A stretch of 64,000 nucleotides of DNA. Origin: Raillietiella orientalis (lineage: Eukaryota). The notes under the pieces were generated by a model, which saw only the letters and a program-made list of their open reading frames with translations, was not told the DNA's origin and ran no database searches. Location: NCBI GenBank assembly GCA_036172245.1, contig JAYWIR010000004.1, positions 5,890,001 through 5,954,000 on the forward strand, written 5' to 3'. The position numbers and the translations under genes were made by a program. Below are positions 25,621-37,899 of this stretch, piece after piece; the first letter of the stretch is position 1, and every line of letters begins with the position of its first letter.

Positions 25621-26654
25621 GAGGAGCAGGGCTATCCCTCCATGCCGAGCAGCCGACCGGGCGCACCCTCACGGAGTGACCTCCAACGTTCTTCCAATCT
25701 GTCCAGGTCGGGAGAGGTCGGTTCTTCTGGAACTGCAGCGGCGACAAACACCACAACAGGAGCGACACAGAAGCGGCGACGGAAACAGACGCAATGGTAG
25801 GGGCAGCAGCAATGGAAGCAGAAGAATCAGGAAGAAGGACAGAAGGGAACGAAAGGAGCGATCAAAGGAAGAAGAGAAGGAGGAGGAAGGGAAGAAGGAG
25901 CGGAACCGCGAGGAAGGACGGCGAGGAAGCCAAGAGCGACGAGGACGGCAGAAGCTGCGGCTAGCGCCTCTCTTGCGTTCTCACCCTGGGGATCGTCTCG
26001 AGGGTCCCTGCGTCTCAGAGGTGCGAGGAGGTCCGAAGTCTAGCGGCAACCGGCAGAAGGAGAGCAGGAAGATCAGGGTTGCCAGATCGGGGAAGCGAGT
26101 TTCTGACTGAAGAATCGCAGGGCCCTCTCCTTCCCTCCTCCCCTCTCCAGACGCAGCCTCTATTCCCTGCTTGGGGTGAAGAGGGAAAAGTGCCGTGGCA
26201 GTTCGGTGGTTGCGAAGTCGCGCGGGGATCCTCGGCTGCTGCTCCCTCTCTTCCTCCTCCGATCTTCCCTCTTTTTTCGTCTCACTTCCCTGGGAGGCAC
26301 CTGCAGAGCGAAAGAAACGGGGTGGAAAAGAGAAGGAGGAGGAAGGAAAAGGAACGACAAGGGAGCGAAGAAGGGAGCGCGCGCGCGCGCGGTTTTCTTC
26401 CCGGGGATGCGCCGAAGCGTCTCCCGGAGGTTGTCGAGATCCCGCGGCGGCAGCGGCAGCTGCAGCCTTTCCGAGCGCTCGGCGCGCCTCTCAGGTACCC
26501 GCGCGGGCGCAGGGGGAGCGAGGCGATCCCTTTGCTTCCTTCCCCCTTCCTCCCTCTTCCTTCTCCTCCTCCTCCTCCGCCGCCGCCGCTTCCGGAAGCG
26601 AGGCTGCGCGCTTCTCCGCTCCGCGCCCCTGACGTTCCCGGATCGCGACCTGGG

Positions 26655-26945
26655 ATGGCTGCTCGCGATCCAGCGGGCTCTCCTCCCGGGAGAAGTTCCG
26701 TGCCCCTCTCCCGGAAGGAGCAATGGATGGCGGCACGGGAGAGAAGCGGGCAGCTGTGGACCCGGAAGAGCGCCGCCGGAGGCCCTCCTCCCGCCCCCCG
26801 GCCGGTCTTGCCTTCGGCCCCCTCTGGAGGCAGGAGACCGTCCTCAGTCCCGCCGGGGCGGCTCTGCGGCGTCCCTGCCCTCCGGGCAGCGGCGGCGGCA
26901 GAGGAGGAGGAGCAGAGGCAACCCGCACACCCGGAAGTCTCCCAG
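26655..26945 (+). CDS. Lmpt: Limpet/PET-LIM gene, probable first coding exon (97 aa)
   Basis: ATG 26655 starts MAARDPAGSPP...LSRKEQWMAARERSGQLWTRK...HPEVSQ, which ends at a strong donor CAG|GTAAGG (26946). The phase-0 junction matches the next exon. No homology recognised for this exon itself. Confidence 0.6.
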
Positions 26946-27719
26946 GTAAGGCTCCCACGTCTTTGCTGCCGCCTCCGCTCCCGGGTGGGGCATCCCGGAG
27001 AGGCGGGACGGGGGGGAGGGAGGAGTCCTGCCAAGGCTTCCTGGGCAGGAAAGCCTCCCTTGAGCCCGGGAAGACGATGAAAACACGGGGTCACGAGGGT
27101 CGGCCTGCCGTCCTTCCTCCGGGAAGAGACGCGCCAAGGGGAATTCCTGATGCGAGAGGATGCACCCTGTCCGCTCTTTTCCTTTCCCGTCCCCTCCTTC
27201 TTCCTATTCCCACTTTCTCCTGGTTCTGGTTTCGTGGACCCCGGTGCTTCTCTGCTTGCTGCCGGGCTCCTCCGTCACCTCGCGTCCCGGTCCCGCTCCC
27301 TGTGATCGGAGCATGAACTCCAGTCTCTGGAGAGGACTCCAAGCACGGGACCTTCTCTGGAGTCAGGGATCCCGACCAGAGGTCCCCTCGGGCGTCTGAT
27401 CTCATCCCTCATGCGCGGACCTTCCTTCTCCGTCTCCTGGTCCTACGGTCTCCCGTCCGTCAGGGAAAGTCCCACCCGCCGAGGCGTGGGGCTCGCCAGC
27501 TGCCTTCTTCCCGCTTCCCCACCCCCCTCATTCTGGGAGAGGAGTAGAAGTAGGAGAAGGGAGCCGTTGTAGTGATGGGGTCCAAAGCCAGTCGTAGGGC
27601 GCACCTCCCTGCCGAGATGGATCTGGGACCCTCGGAACCGACCAGGGGAGTTCGGGCGCACGCGTATGCGCAGCTAGTGCTTTTGCCTTTGCCCTCACTG
27701 AAGCAGATCTCTTCCCCAG

Positions 27720-27802
27720 GGCGCGTCCGTCCACGAGGTCGACGAGGGCAGGCCCTGCCTGCAATGCAAGAGCTGCCCCGGATTCTCCCTGCATCCCTGG
27801 AG
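27720..27802 (+). CDS. Lmpt: Limpet/PET-LIM gene exon 2 (Cys-rich pre-PET motif)
   Basis: Acceptor cttccccAG, then GASVHEVDEGRPCLQCKSCPGFSLHPW(R), the testin/Limpet motif G.PC..C...CPGF..H.WR. Donor AG|GTAAGT, phase 2. This peptide is absent from the ORF track. Confidence 0.9.
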
Positions 27803-28329
27803 GTAAGTTGTCAACTCTGTGCAGTTAGGCTATGATCTCCCCTTCCCTCTCACGGAGACAGGAGAGGGGGAGACCCTTTGTGATGACGGATGGGGCTCGG
27901 TCCACTGGGGTTGCCGCACCGTGGGCAGTGCCGTCCCGTTTTCGCACGTTCGTTGTCCTTCGGGCCGCCCCGTCCCTCAAGGGGCGAGGAGGGGAGGAGA
28001 AAGGGAGAGGGAGGAGCAGGCCCCCCACTCTGCCTCGAAAAATTCCGAGGAGATCGCGCAAGCTCCAAGATTCCCCCCGGAACGCGCTCCTTCTCGGGTG
28101 GGAAGCCACTCGATGCCGCGCCAATCGAAAGGTGAGAATGGGGGGAGGGGGTGTGCAGATGGATCCCTCCCTTTTCTGTCCCCCTCTTTGCCTGCCCTCT
28201 TTGCCCCTTCCCCTTCTCATCCCGACTGTCACTCCCAGTCAGCGTAACGGGAAGCTGCTCTCAAGTGGCCCGCGAAGATCTCTCCCGCCGGAACGCGAAA
28301 GAGGCGCCGCTCTCCTGCCTGCAGCCGAA

Positions 28330-30450
28330 GCAGCAGCCTGTGAGGTCGGGGAGGTACTCGCACCCTCCCCTCCGAGAACACCTTCCCGCCCGCGTCCTGG
28401 ACGGGATTCTGGGTGGTGCCGCCAACCCCTTCCGGTCAGGGAAGCTCCGGTTTTTAGGGAGGATGCTTCAGCATCACAGCCTCGTTGCCGCCGAACGTGA
28501 GGCTGGCTCTGCTCGAGGGTGGTCACATCCGTGAGAAGCCTTTCCCCCTTCCATTCCATCCCCCCAGGGCGTGCGTGCGACCCAAGTGGGGCGCCTCCTT
28601 GCTTTCCTCCGGGCACGAACCGTTCTGAAAGCTCCGGGACGGTGGTTTCTTCCTCGTGTGGGCTTCTGGGCGGAGTCACGGACAGAGATCTCCTCCCCGA
28701 ACGGGTCGCCTCCAGACGGGCTCGCCGTGGAGGTCGGCGGCAGGATTCCTTTCTTCTGGGGGGTCACTCCGACGGAAGAGGGGGACGAACCTCATCTAGA
28801 TGCTGGCGGCGGTAGCGCGCGGTACCATCGCTCAGGGAGGGCACCTTCGTGGCGCCCTGCCATTGTCCAGCGCAGTGGCGCCGCATCGCTCCGGTCGGCA
28901 CGCGCGTGTTACAAGAGCAACTCGCTGTCTCTCTTCTCCCTCCCCCCTCTCTCCCCCTGGATCGCTCGGACCCTTACTCCATGGCGGGGCAGATCGAGGT
29001 TGACTCGAGATGTGGAGGGAGGGAGGTCCGACAAGGTCTGCTCCGCCAGCCGTTCCTGTGGAGAGTGCAGTTCGTGCCTCTCCTTCCCGAAGCGTGCGTG
29101 CTGCGCAGAGATCAAGGCGCAGCCGTTTCCACCCTCCTTCCCCACCCAAACCGAGCGAGCACGGGGGAAAATAAAACTGCCGAAGGCGCAGCGAGCTGCA
29201 GCTTTCCTTCCGGATTTTCGCCCCTCTCCTGAGGGGCGCTCCCTTTCCCCTCCTCGGCGTGGGTGCGCCCTGCTGATTCTTCTTAAGATTCAGCTGATTC
29301 GTCTCCCCGCCGGAAGTCCACGAACCGCTCGTGCGAGGGGGGGGGGGGGGGGAAGGTCACACGGAGAGTCGTCGTCAACTGCGCGAAAGAAGGGGAGCAG
29401 GGAAGGCGGGAAGGTTCCTCCAGCGTTTATCCGCCTCCTCTTCCGGCAACGGAGAGGCATTGGGGCGCGTGGATGTCCCTCCTTTCTCATCGTCCTCTCG
29501 CGGCAAAGAGACGGCCGGAGGTTCCTCCGTGCGTGCTCTCGGAGTCCTCTTCCTCCTTCTCGCCCCACGCAGCTCCCGGACGATGGGGGGCTGGCTGCCT
29601 TGCTGTCTCCAGGTTATGGCGGCCACGACCCCTCTAATCCTTTTTGCAAAGGGAAATTCCTGACTTCGGCTAGGCGGACTTGAGACGAAGGGCATCTCCT
29701 CCTTCCTTGCCCGATCTTCCAGAAAAGTCCGATGCGTGGGGAGGAAGCTCTGACCTCCGGAGGACCTTGATCTCGAGAGGAGTACTGGTGGCTGCTGGTG
29801 TCTCTAGTAGCAGGGCTTTCACCCTCGGGTATCGTGCGTTCCCTGACTCCTGGGGGAGGTTCCGTGGAACGCCAGGAGGGGCTTCTGGACCCCTTTCCTC
29901 GCTACTCTTCGTCCCCTGCCGACCTACCAAGACTCGCGTAAAAGTGCGGGATGCGTCGACACGAGTGCCTACGGGCCCGCAGTCAGCGCGTGGTCACCGC
30001 GGCCGCTTCTTACCTTACTGGAAGTCTTCCATCCCCCTCTTCGCACCAGTAGCCCCCTTTCCTCCCCAATCCTTCGTCTTGATGCTTTCCTCGTCGCCTC
30101 GGAGCCTCAGGGCGGCGGGATTTTGGCGCTTCCTTCTCGCCTCAGAGGAACGCTCCATCCACTCAGAAGGGTTCCCGCCTGACTCCGGTTGTGGAGCTCG
30201 TTCCTGCGGGAAGAGCGCAGCCTTCCGCCTCCCTTTCTGACCCGAATTGTCGATTCGTCCCCCTTCCATTGCCTACTCTTCAGTGCCGCCCGCTTCCCCC
30301 CTCGATGTGCCTCCTGCGGACTCGATCCTTGCGCTCCTGTCGGGTCGCCGCAGTTTTCTTGGGGATGCTGGATGATGACCCGCGATCTCGCTCCAGATGC
30401 TGGAACCGTGAGGATCCTGTGAGCTGCTCCTTCCGGAGGATGAGAGCCAT
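28330..30450 (+). mobile_element. Decayed LINE RT, apparently split by about 0.9 kb of unrelated sequence
   Basis: First part: EVGEVLA...PRPGRDSG (EV...L...APG.DG) and RLLAFLRARTVLKAPGRWFLPRVGFWAE (RPI.LL....K..ER....R...W.E) at 28330-28700. From 29690: LPDLPEKSDAW (LDL.KAFD.VW), GTPGGASGPLSSLLF (G.PQG..LS.LLF) and IPLFAPV (LFADD). Confidence 0.4.
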
Positions 30451-31999
30451 CAGCTGCTGCGGCCTTCGTCCGCGCTCTTCGCCCGCAGAAGGCCGCAGGG
30501 GCTCGTCTCCGCGGGTCTTCCCGCGGACTCAGCGAATCCCCAGAAAAGCCGAACACGGTGTCTCCGAGACGACGGAGGCCAACCGGGACGAACTCCCTCC
30601 CGGGACGCGCTCCGCGGTCTCAGGAGAACCCGCCTGGCAGGCGCCGGAAACCTCGCCTCGCCAGCGGCGCCTTTTTCATGGCGGAAGGGGGAAAGAGGGG
30701 GAGGGTGGTGTCGCCCCAGCCACCCCAGCTCCTGTCCGTTTCCCCCTTCTCTGCGCTCCCCCTTCGCTGCTTCCACGTAGAGCCCTCCGCCTTCTGCTCA
30801 CGGAAGGGGGCAGCATCGGCTTTCCTCCAGTCCGAAGCGTGCGCGCCGCTTGGCGCTTCCCGGACTGCTCCCCTCCGAGGATGGCAGGGGATGAGGGAGG
30901 AGACGAACCCATCCCCGCCCTTCCCACGCTGTTGGCTCTCTCCCCCTGCTCCCGGATGAGGGAGACTCCTGGACGGGGTCCATCCGAGGATGCGAGCCAC
31001 GGCGGGTAGGGAGGGGTTTCCTCCTTCCCGAGGTGGCGCTCGCCAGCACGGAACGCTCTGTTCCCGTCAGCGGGGCGGGACGACTCTCCCCTCGCTGTTT
31101 ACTGCTGCCCCCTCCTCCTCGTCAGCCCTTTCCCCCTCCTCCTCATCCAACCCGCGCGTCTTCCTTTTCATCTTTCTTTCTTCTTTTCTTCTTCGTTGTT
31201 TGTCTTCGCGCTTTTACGATCCCCGAGGGAAGGGAGGGGGGGGGGGGGAAGAAGAGAGGGCGTGGAAGTAAAGACGGGAAGGGAAAAGGGGCGTCTGATC
31301 TTCCCGAAAGAAGACGCCGCCACAAGCGAGGGAGGCGGCGGCGGCGGCGGCGAGATCTCCTGCAGCCTTCCTCGACGCGATTGCCAGCCGCTCCCGGCTG
31401 CCGCGCTTCCTTCCATCCTCCTACTCGGAGGGAGCGCTCCCCCCCCCTCTTCCCCACGGTACGCCCTCGCGCGCGACTCCCTCTGCGGCTCCCCGCTGGC
31501 CCTGTCGATTTTCCCGGGGCTCCCCGACGCTGCGAGGAGGAGGCAGTCAGGGAGGGCCGGGAGAGGCACGCGCTCAGCGGTCCTCCGCCGAGGTCTCTCC
31601 CCGACCCGAGACTACCTACCCCCTGCTCTGAGCCTACCGCGTTCGCTGCAGCATCCAGTCTCCTCCCTGCACCCACACCCGCAAGCCCAGCGTCTTGGTG
31701 GTTGCCATGGGAACCCCGCCCCTTGTCAGGGGACCCTCTCGCGTCCCCTCCTTTCTCCGGCCCTCACGGCCCGAGGCGAAGTGGAAGACTGCGCTGCCCT
31801 TTTGATGCTCAGACGCGTCCCGGTCGGCTCGCGCGTGCGAGACCACCGCGTCGTCTTCCGGCGGCGGCTGCTGCGGGCCAGAAGCAGAGAAGGATAGCGC
31901 GGCTGATGATGAGCGGAGGGGTGCGCGTGTGATCTGCAGGAGAGGACGCCGCTGGAGACGGCAGTGAGGGAGGAAGGCTCTTTTGCGAGACCGCAGGAA

Positions 32000-34900
32000 T
32001 AGGCTGGCGCGATCGGTGCCTGCGGCTGGGAACCCCACCGGCGCCCAGCTCGCTCGGGGTCCTCTCCTTCCTGGTGCGGGAGGTGGCGGCTACCATGGCT
32101 GCGCCCGTTTGCTTGCGTCTCCAGAGAGATCTCTCTTCCTCCTTAGAGGAATGGCTTCTGGAGCTCCTGCAGAGGACGGGCGAGGAGCCAGCGGAGTCGA
32201 ACCTCGGGTCCAGCGGTCTTCCCGAAAGGGCGGCAGCCCGGAAGGCGATCCCAAGGCGACGGCGGTCAGACGGTGAGAGGGCAGCGGCGCCACCTTGTCC
32301 TGGAGGTGGTCCACACAAGGACGCCACGTGTCCCAGGAGAGCCGCAGGCTTCCCTCCGGATGGCAAGGCGAAGGCATCAGCAAAAGTGGCTGTGTGGGGC
32401 CAGCCAGGAGTGGCGCTGCCATCCGGAAGAAACAGCCAGAGGCGGGGAGCAGGGCTGATGCTGGACGTGGACCGTCGAGGGAGGCATGTCGTCCCGCGAC
32501 CGCTCGCCGATCCGGAAGCGGGAAGGTCATTCACCCATCCTCGGTCCCCGGGAGGTCTTCTCGACGGAGAGTCACCGCGAGGCATCCCGCCTCCCCCCCA
32601 CGCGCGCACACCCCTGAGGCGCCCCCTCGCTGTTCATCACAGTTCCTCTTAGACCCTCTCCTCGGCTGCTATCTCGGGATACGCGTGCGGGGGTTCTCTT
32701 CTCGTGGGCACACGCCGTCGATCCTCGCACCCTTGACGAAACGGAAGGAGGGGGAAGGGGAGAGGAAGAATTCAGCTGGCGTCTGTCTTCCTCCGGGGTC
32801 CCCTCCATCCCTACCCCAGGAAGGACTGGCAGATACCTTTGGCTTCCTGCCGCCGCTGCGGGACTCGGTGCGAGCTGGGCGCTCAGGTCCTCTTGGAGGG
32901 TGCTCCCAGGCCGTTTCGTTTCAGCTGCCCTTCCCTCTCAAAAGATCCCCACGAAGCGCCGGCGGTGACGAGCAAGGCACAACTGGGCCCCTTCCAGGAC
33001 ATCTCTAGGATTATTGGGGGGTTCCTCGCCGCTGCAGATTGCTCGCGCGGTTCGGGGAAAGGCGATGCCACGGGGCCTCCGAGCTTCCAACCTTTTCTGC
33101 GCGGCACGTTGCCTGGGAAACCTCCCCTCTCGCGGCGAGAGCCGGAAAGCGTCTCCAGGGGAGTGAGGTGGGAAAGGGGAAGCTAGATGAAGAGCAGCGC
33201 TACCTGCGCAGGAGCGCTGCTGCAGTATCCTGCAGCACCGGGCGTTTCAAGCGCCGGCGCCTTCCGCAGGGAGGAGGAGCAGAGTGGTGGTCCGGAGGAT
33301 GGGGCAGGGATCATGCGAGCAGCGGCCCTCTCCCCATAAAAGAACCCTCCTGCTTTCGCGCAGGCAATCTCGCGCCGCTCCGCCCCTAGCCAACGGCGCG
33401 TCGGGCAAGACTGATCTCGGAGGGGCGGCGTGTGAAGGCGGAGGTGAAGTGAAGAGAATGGAGGCACTGCCAGGGACGTCTCGATGATCCCGAATCCCCG
33501 CCAAAGAGGGAGGAAGAGATGTCACTTGTTCCATGTCATCAATGCGCTGCTTTCCCCCCTCGGGACATCGCGTCCGTAGAGGGGAGAGCCGCCGGGACTT
33601 TCAGGGAAGCTCCGGTGCCGGAAGGGAGACTCTGACGTCACCTTCTCCATTAAGCTGGAGAGCGGAGGCGAACGAGAATTCGGACCGCTGCCACGCACTC
33701 GAGACGCCCCCTTCCCCTTTTGGATCCTCGAGTTGCCTCTCGAAGTTCCGAGGCACCGGAGAAGGGGAAGCTTCCCTTCCACGAGTCTGGAAAAGGTCGA
33801 AAGGATAGGGAGGGAAGGAACAGGAGCGCAGCAAGGGCGATCAAAGGGTGCCTTGGTAACGCTGAGGTGGCTGGCGATGCTCACGGCCCTCTGCTTGGTA
33901 GAGAACCAAGAGACGAAGAGAAGAGCGAGCGAGTAGGAAGCAGCATCATGCCCCGGGATCGACTGCCCCCGTAGGTACTGGGAGCGTCTGAGACCGTGGT
34001 GTGGCCGGAGCGCTCTCAGATGGACCATGGATCCGAAGGAAGGGCGAGGGACTCAGACCTTTCGCTGCCAGCCCATCGGGAGGCCGCCAGCGCGCCACCC
34101 ACCTGCCATTCCCTCGGGAAGGCGTCAGGGGTGATGGAGAGGGAGAGCAAGAACGGAATGGGGTCTCCTCGCCCCTCCTTCTGTCGTGGGGCGACTCACG
34201 GCCTTCCTTTCCTGGAGGGCAGTCCGCTCACTCCTTGGTCTCGTCAGGGTCGTTTCATAGGGATTCCCGGCCGCGCGCGACTTTCCTCACGGCCTACACC
34301 CGGCACTGGCGCCCTTGGTTCGAGCCGGTGACTATCAGGAAGGGGGAGAGGTCATGCGCAACTGGGAGCGCTTGACCCGGTGGTTGCTGCAGCGATCCGG
34401 GCAACCGCCAAGGCGAAGAAGGGTGCATGCTCTCCGGGGAGACTCCTTGGGATCTCGAAGGGCGGAAGGAACAGCGTCGCTCCGTTCGTCGCCTAACAGC
34501 AGAAGCTCCTGGTGCCGCGCTTTCCCCGTCCCGAGGGATACGGGCCTCCGCGAGTCCCGCCCCGCTCGAAGGGCAGCTTGGAGGCGATCCGCTCGTCTCT
34601 GCAAAGAGTGGCCGCGGACGGGAGGGCGGTATGGAGAGCACTGCTGCCTCTTTCGGCGTTGCCCGGGGGAACCAGCAACGAGTTCTGCTTATGCAGGTCA
34701 TTCCTCACGTACCCCTCTCCTTGCGGGGGTGCGGGTGGGGCAGTGCGTCTGACCTGGAGCAACCGAGCTCATCCGCCTTGTCCGCAGGAATTCAAGGAAG
34801 CTCCGGAAGAGTCGCCTCGGAGACCATCTCAAGTTTGGAGTCTCCCGGGTGACCTCGCCAGGTTGACTCTCCTTTTTTTGCCCCTTTTCCGTCCTACCTT

Positions 34901-35780
34901 CTCACTATCTCTGCCAAAGGAGTGAAAAGTTGGTCCCGCAGGAAGGCACGTGCTCCAGTGGAAGGGCGTAGGGCGCGGGACGCCGCATAACCTGAACTCA
35001 CAGGTGGTGCGTTGGCGTCTAGTCTTCCCCTCCCTCCCCCCGGTCTTCTCTCATACCACCTCCCTCTGGATACGGGACACCATCGATGGTGGTGGGAAAC
35101 TTATGGACGGAAGCACGCAGTTCGGGAGTCCTTCGGAACGAAGAGCACCTTCCCGGAGGGTATGGTGCTCTCCTACAGGAAGAATGCGCCCACGTCGAGG
35201 TCGCAGCGGTCTCTCGGCTCTGCTCCCTGTCGCGGCAGCTCCACTGCCAACGCGCCTTCTCTCGGACGAGGTCGGGACCGTTTCCTTGTCGACGTCCGCC
35301 GCCCTGGGATAGACGCCAACTGCCCCTCCCCCCCTTCATGTTCCAGGACAAGGCGCCGGCAATCCTCTGGGGAAGAAACCGCCCCCATAGCCCCAGCCTC
35401 TCTCTCTGTCGCCTCCTCCACGAAGTACCTTCCCAGCTGCCTTTTGTTCCATGGTTCCCGCAACACTCGCGAAACGAAGGGGTGCACAAGGAGCGGCGGC
35501 TGGCTGTGGGACATGACAGCGCTCCCTCCAAGAGATGTGTCCTCCTCGTCTTCCGCGCCTCCCTCATTCCCCTCTTTCCGGATCTGAGGGATGGCTCGAA
35601 GATCCGTTTCCGGGCAAGGGGATGGGAAGGAGTGCTCCTGAGCGAGCTGGGTGTCCCCGATCGGGCAAGGAGGCCTGTCTCTCCCTCCTCCGGCTTTGTT
35701 CGGGAGCTCCAACCGCCTCTTGTTCAGACTGATATCCGCCCTACCACCACTACCTCCTTCTTGACCCTCCTCGTCTTCTG
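32000..35780 (+). mobile_element. Decayed R1/LOA-like LINE ORF2 with RT and RNase H
   Basis: Best-preserved fossil. Motifs in order: GGPEDG (APGPDG), IKG/GA/NA/WLAMLTAL 33840-33891 (DIKGAFDNAWWPAIL.AL), FLTAY/LAPLVRA...WERLTRWL 34283-34390 (AYADDLALLV), DGRAVWRAL (YGA.VW) and CLCRSFLTY (CRAYRTVS). RNase H follows: LMDGST near 35100, EVAAV, and PWFPQHSRNEG...RLA near 35450 (WVP.H.GIEGNE.AD.LA). The 5' boundary is approximate. Confidence 0.65.
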
Positions 35781-37899
35781 CTGAACGTTGGGACTCGCGT
35801 GCGTCGCTTGACCTCCCGCACGTCATCCCATCTTAGCAGGTTTGTGGAAAGGAGTGACGACAACGCCTGCAGCGATCCCTTCTTTTCTTTCTTTCTTTTT
35901 TTTTTAGAGGGAGTGGGGGGAGGGCTTCTCTCTCGAGGAAGGGTCAGGAGTCCCTTCTCTTTGCTCCCGCAGGGGCGAAGTGTGCACCCGTCTTCCGTGC
36001 AGCACGTGCCGTACACGTCGCCGCCGCCGCCGTCCTCGCCTTCCGCCCGCGCCTGCGTCCGCGGCGGCGGCCTCTCGCGCTTCCCCTCTTCCGTACCGTC
36101 ACGCGAGCGAGCGAGTACTGCGCGTGCCGATCCCGGCGGACAGAGGAGCGAGCGCGCCGCCATGCGAACGCAGGTAGCCGCCTCGGAAGGCTCCAAGTCG
36201 CTCTCGGGTCTCCGCCTGCGGAGGACGGACGCTCCGGAGCCGCGCCACGCGCCGCCGGAGGTCTCCCAGCTGAGTAAGAGGTGAGCCATGGGGGTTGAGC
36301 CCGGCGCGCCGGATCTCTCGGAGATCACCCTCCCCCTCGCTCCCCGAACGCGCTCGGGGAGCAGGGGGAGAGAGGAGTGGCGTTCCAGCCTAGGACTTTT
36401 CCCCGCCTACCCATCGGGAGGCCCTCACCCTCCTGGGCCGCTCGCCTTGCTCGCCACCGTAGTGGGGGAGGGGAGGGGTGTGGAGAAAGTTGGCTCTTCG
36501 TCTGAGGAAAGCACCGGTGGCGACGAGGAGGAAGAGGGAGGGGGACCGCGTTGCGGTCCTTCGGAAGGCCTCCGAAGAGCGTCTGTGCGCCCTCTGGCCA
36601 GCAGGCGCCTCAACCCTCAAGGCGCAGACTCGGGCCTTCCGTCGGGCAGCACGCGCGCGCCCCGCCGGTGGGAAGGGAGGCGTCACCTGAGCAGAACGGA
36701 AGGGCCTTTGGGGGAGAGTCAGCTGCGAACCGCTCCGGTCCTCCTGCTTGGCCCGCCTGCCCCTCTTGGTGATCGAAGCACTCCTCGGAGTAGAGACCCC
36801 TCTTCTCCGTCAGGCGACCCGCTGTGGGGTCATCGGGCGTCCAAATGCCTCCCCACCAGTCCTCGCCGGTGCGGATCCGGCCGAGGGGGCAGGAGCGACT
36901 CCGGTACGTCTTTCCTGCGCGAGCGAGTGGAGGAGGAAAAAGGGAAAGGGGTACGAGGGAGGGCGGCAACCGAAGGGGCGGGTGCGGAGTCGCTCCGGCG
37001 GCGAGCCTTGGTGCGCCGAGCCCCGTGCGCTCAATCGGCCGCTTTTGAATCGACCTCGCTCGTTGGGAGGTGCGCGCACGCACGCGGTTTGGAAGGCGGC
37101 CAAATCACTCTTCCCCGAAGACAGCTGAACCCAAACGAGATCTCGGGATCGTCTCCATCCTTTACTCCTCCTCTTCCTCCCTCCTCTCTACCGCAGTCTT
37201 CGCCCCGAGTTCCTCTTTCTCTTCCTCCCGTCCTCCCCCCTCCTCCCATTTGTCTCTCTTCCACCCCCGTCTTCCCCCTCTTCGCACACCCCTACCAGGT
37301 GGCTTCGCGGCACGCGCTCTCCCGATCCCTCCCAGGATCAAAAGGAGACCTCGAATTCCGGTCTCCTCCGCCGTTGTCCCGACTCCTTCCTGGAACGCGT
37401 GAGAGACCAGGACGAGGGAGCTGCCGGCTTCCCGGGGATGCCGGCGGTGCGCTGAAGGGAAGGGAGGCAGGGACGAGAAGGACGCACGGAAAAGGTCCTC
37501 GTCCTCCATGGTCCCCGCTGTGCGCTCCATCACTCCTCCCGCCGCCATCCCGACGGTGTCTGCCTCCGTCTCGGGATGCTAAAAATACTCAGCCACGAAT
37601 CCCCACGCCCGCCCGCCGGCGACGGTGAACTTGGCAATACTGAAGCACGTGCTTCCTTGCTTCCTTTTTCCCCCCCCGTCCGGAAAAGGGGCGAGGGGAA
37701 GGGTGCCGTCGATCTTACCCACTCTCGGTTGTTGGCGCGTGCCGGGAGAAGCCGGGAGACCCGCATCCCCGTCTCCCTGGAGATGCAACGGCGCCTCCTA
37801 TCCACCCCTCCCACCACTCTTGCATCTCCCTTCGTGCCCCCTCTACCCGCACCGTCCCAGACTCTCCTCCAATCGAAGAAGCTCTAAGAGGGAGGCGGC

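Noticed and set aside
34305..34330. tRNA/SINE B-box-like ggttcgagcc
   Set aside because: No cloverleaf or properly spaced A box, and it lies within the RT domain-5 remnant of a LINE.
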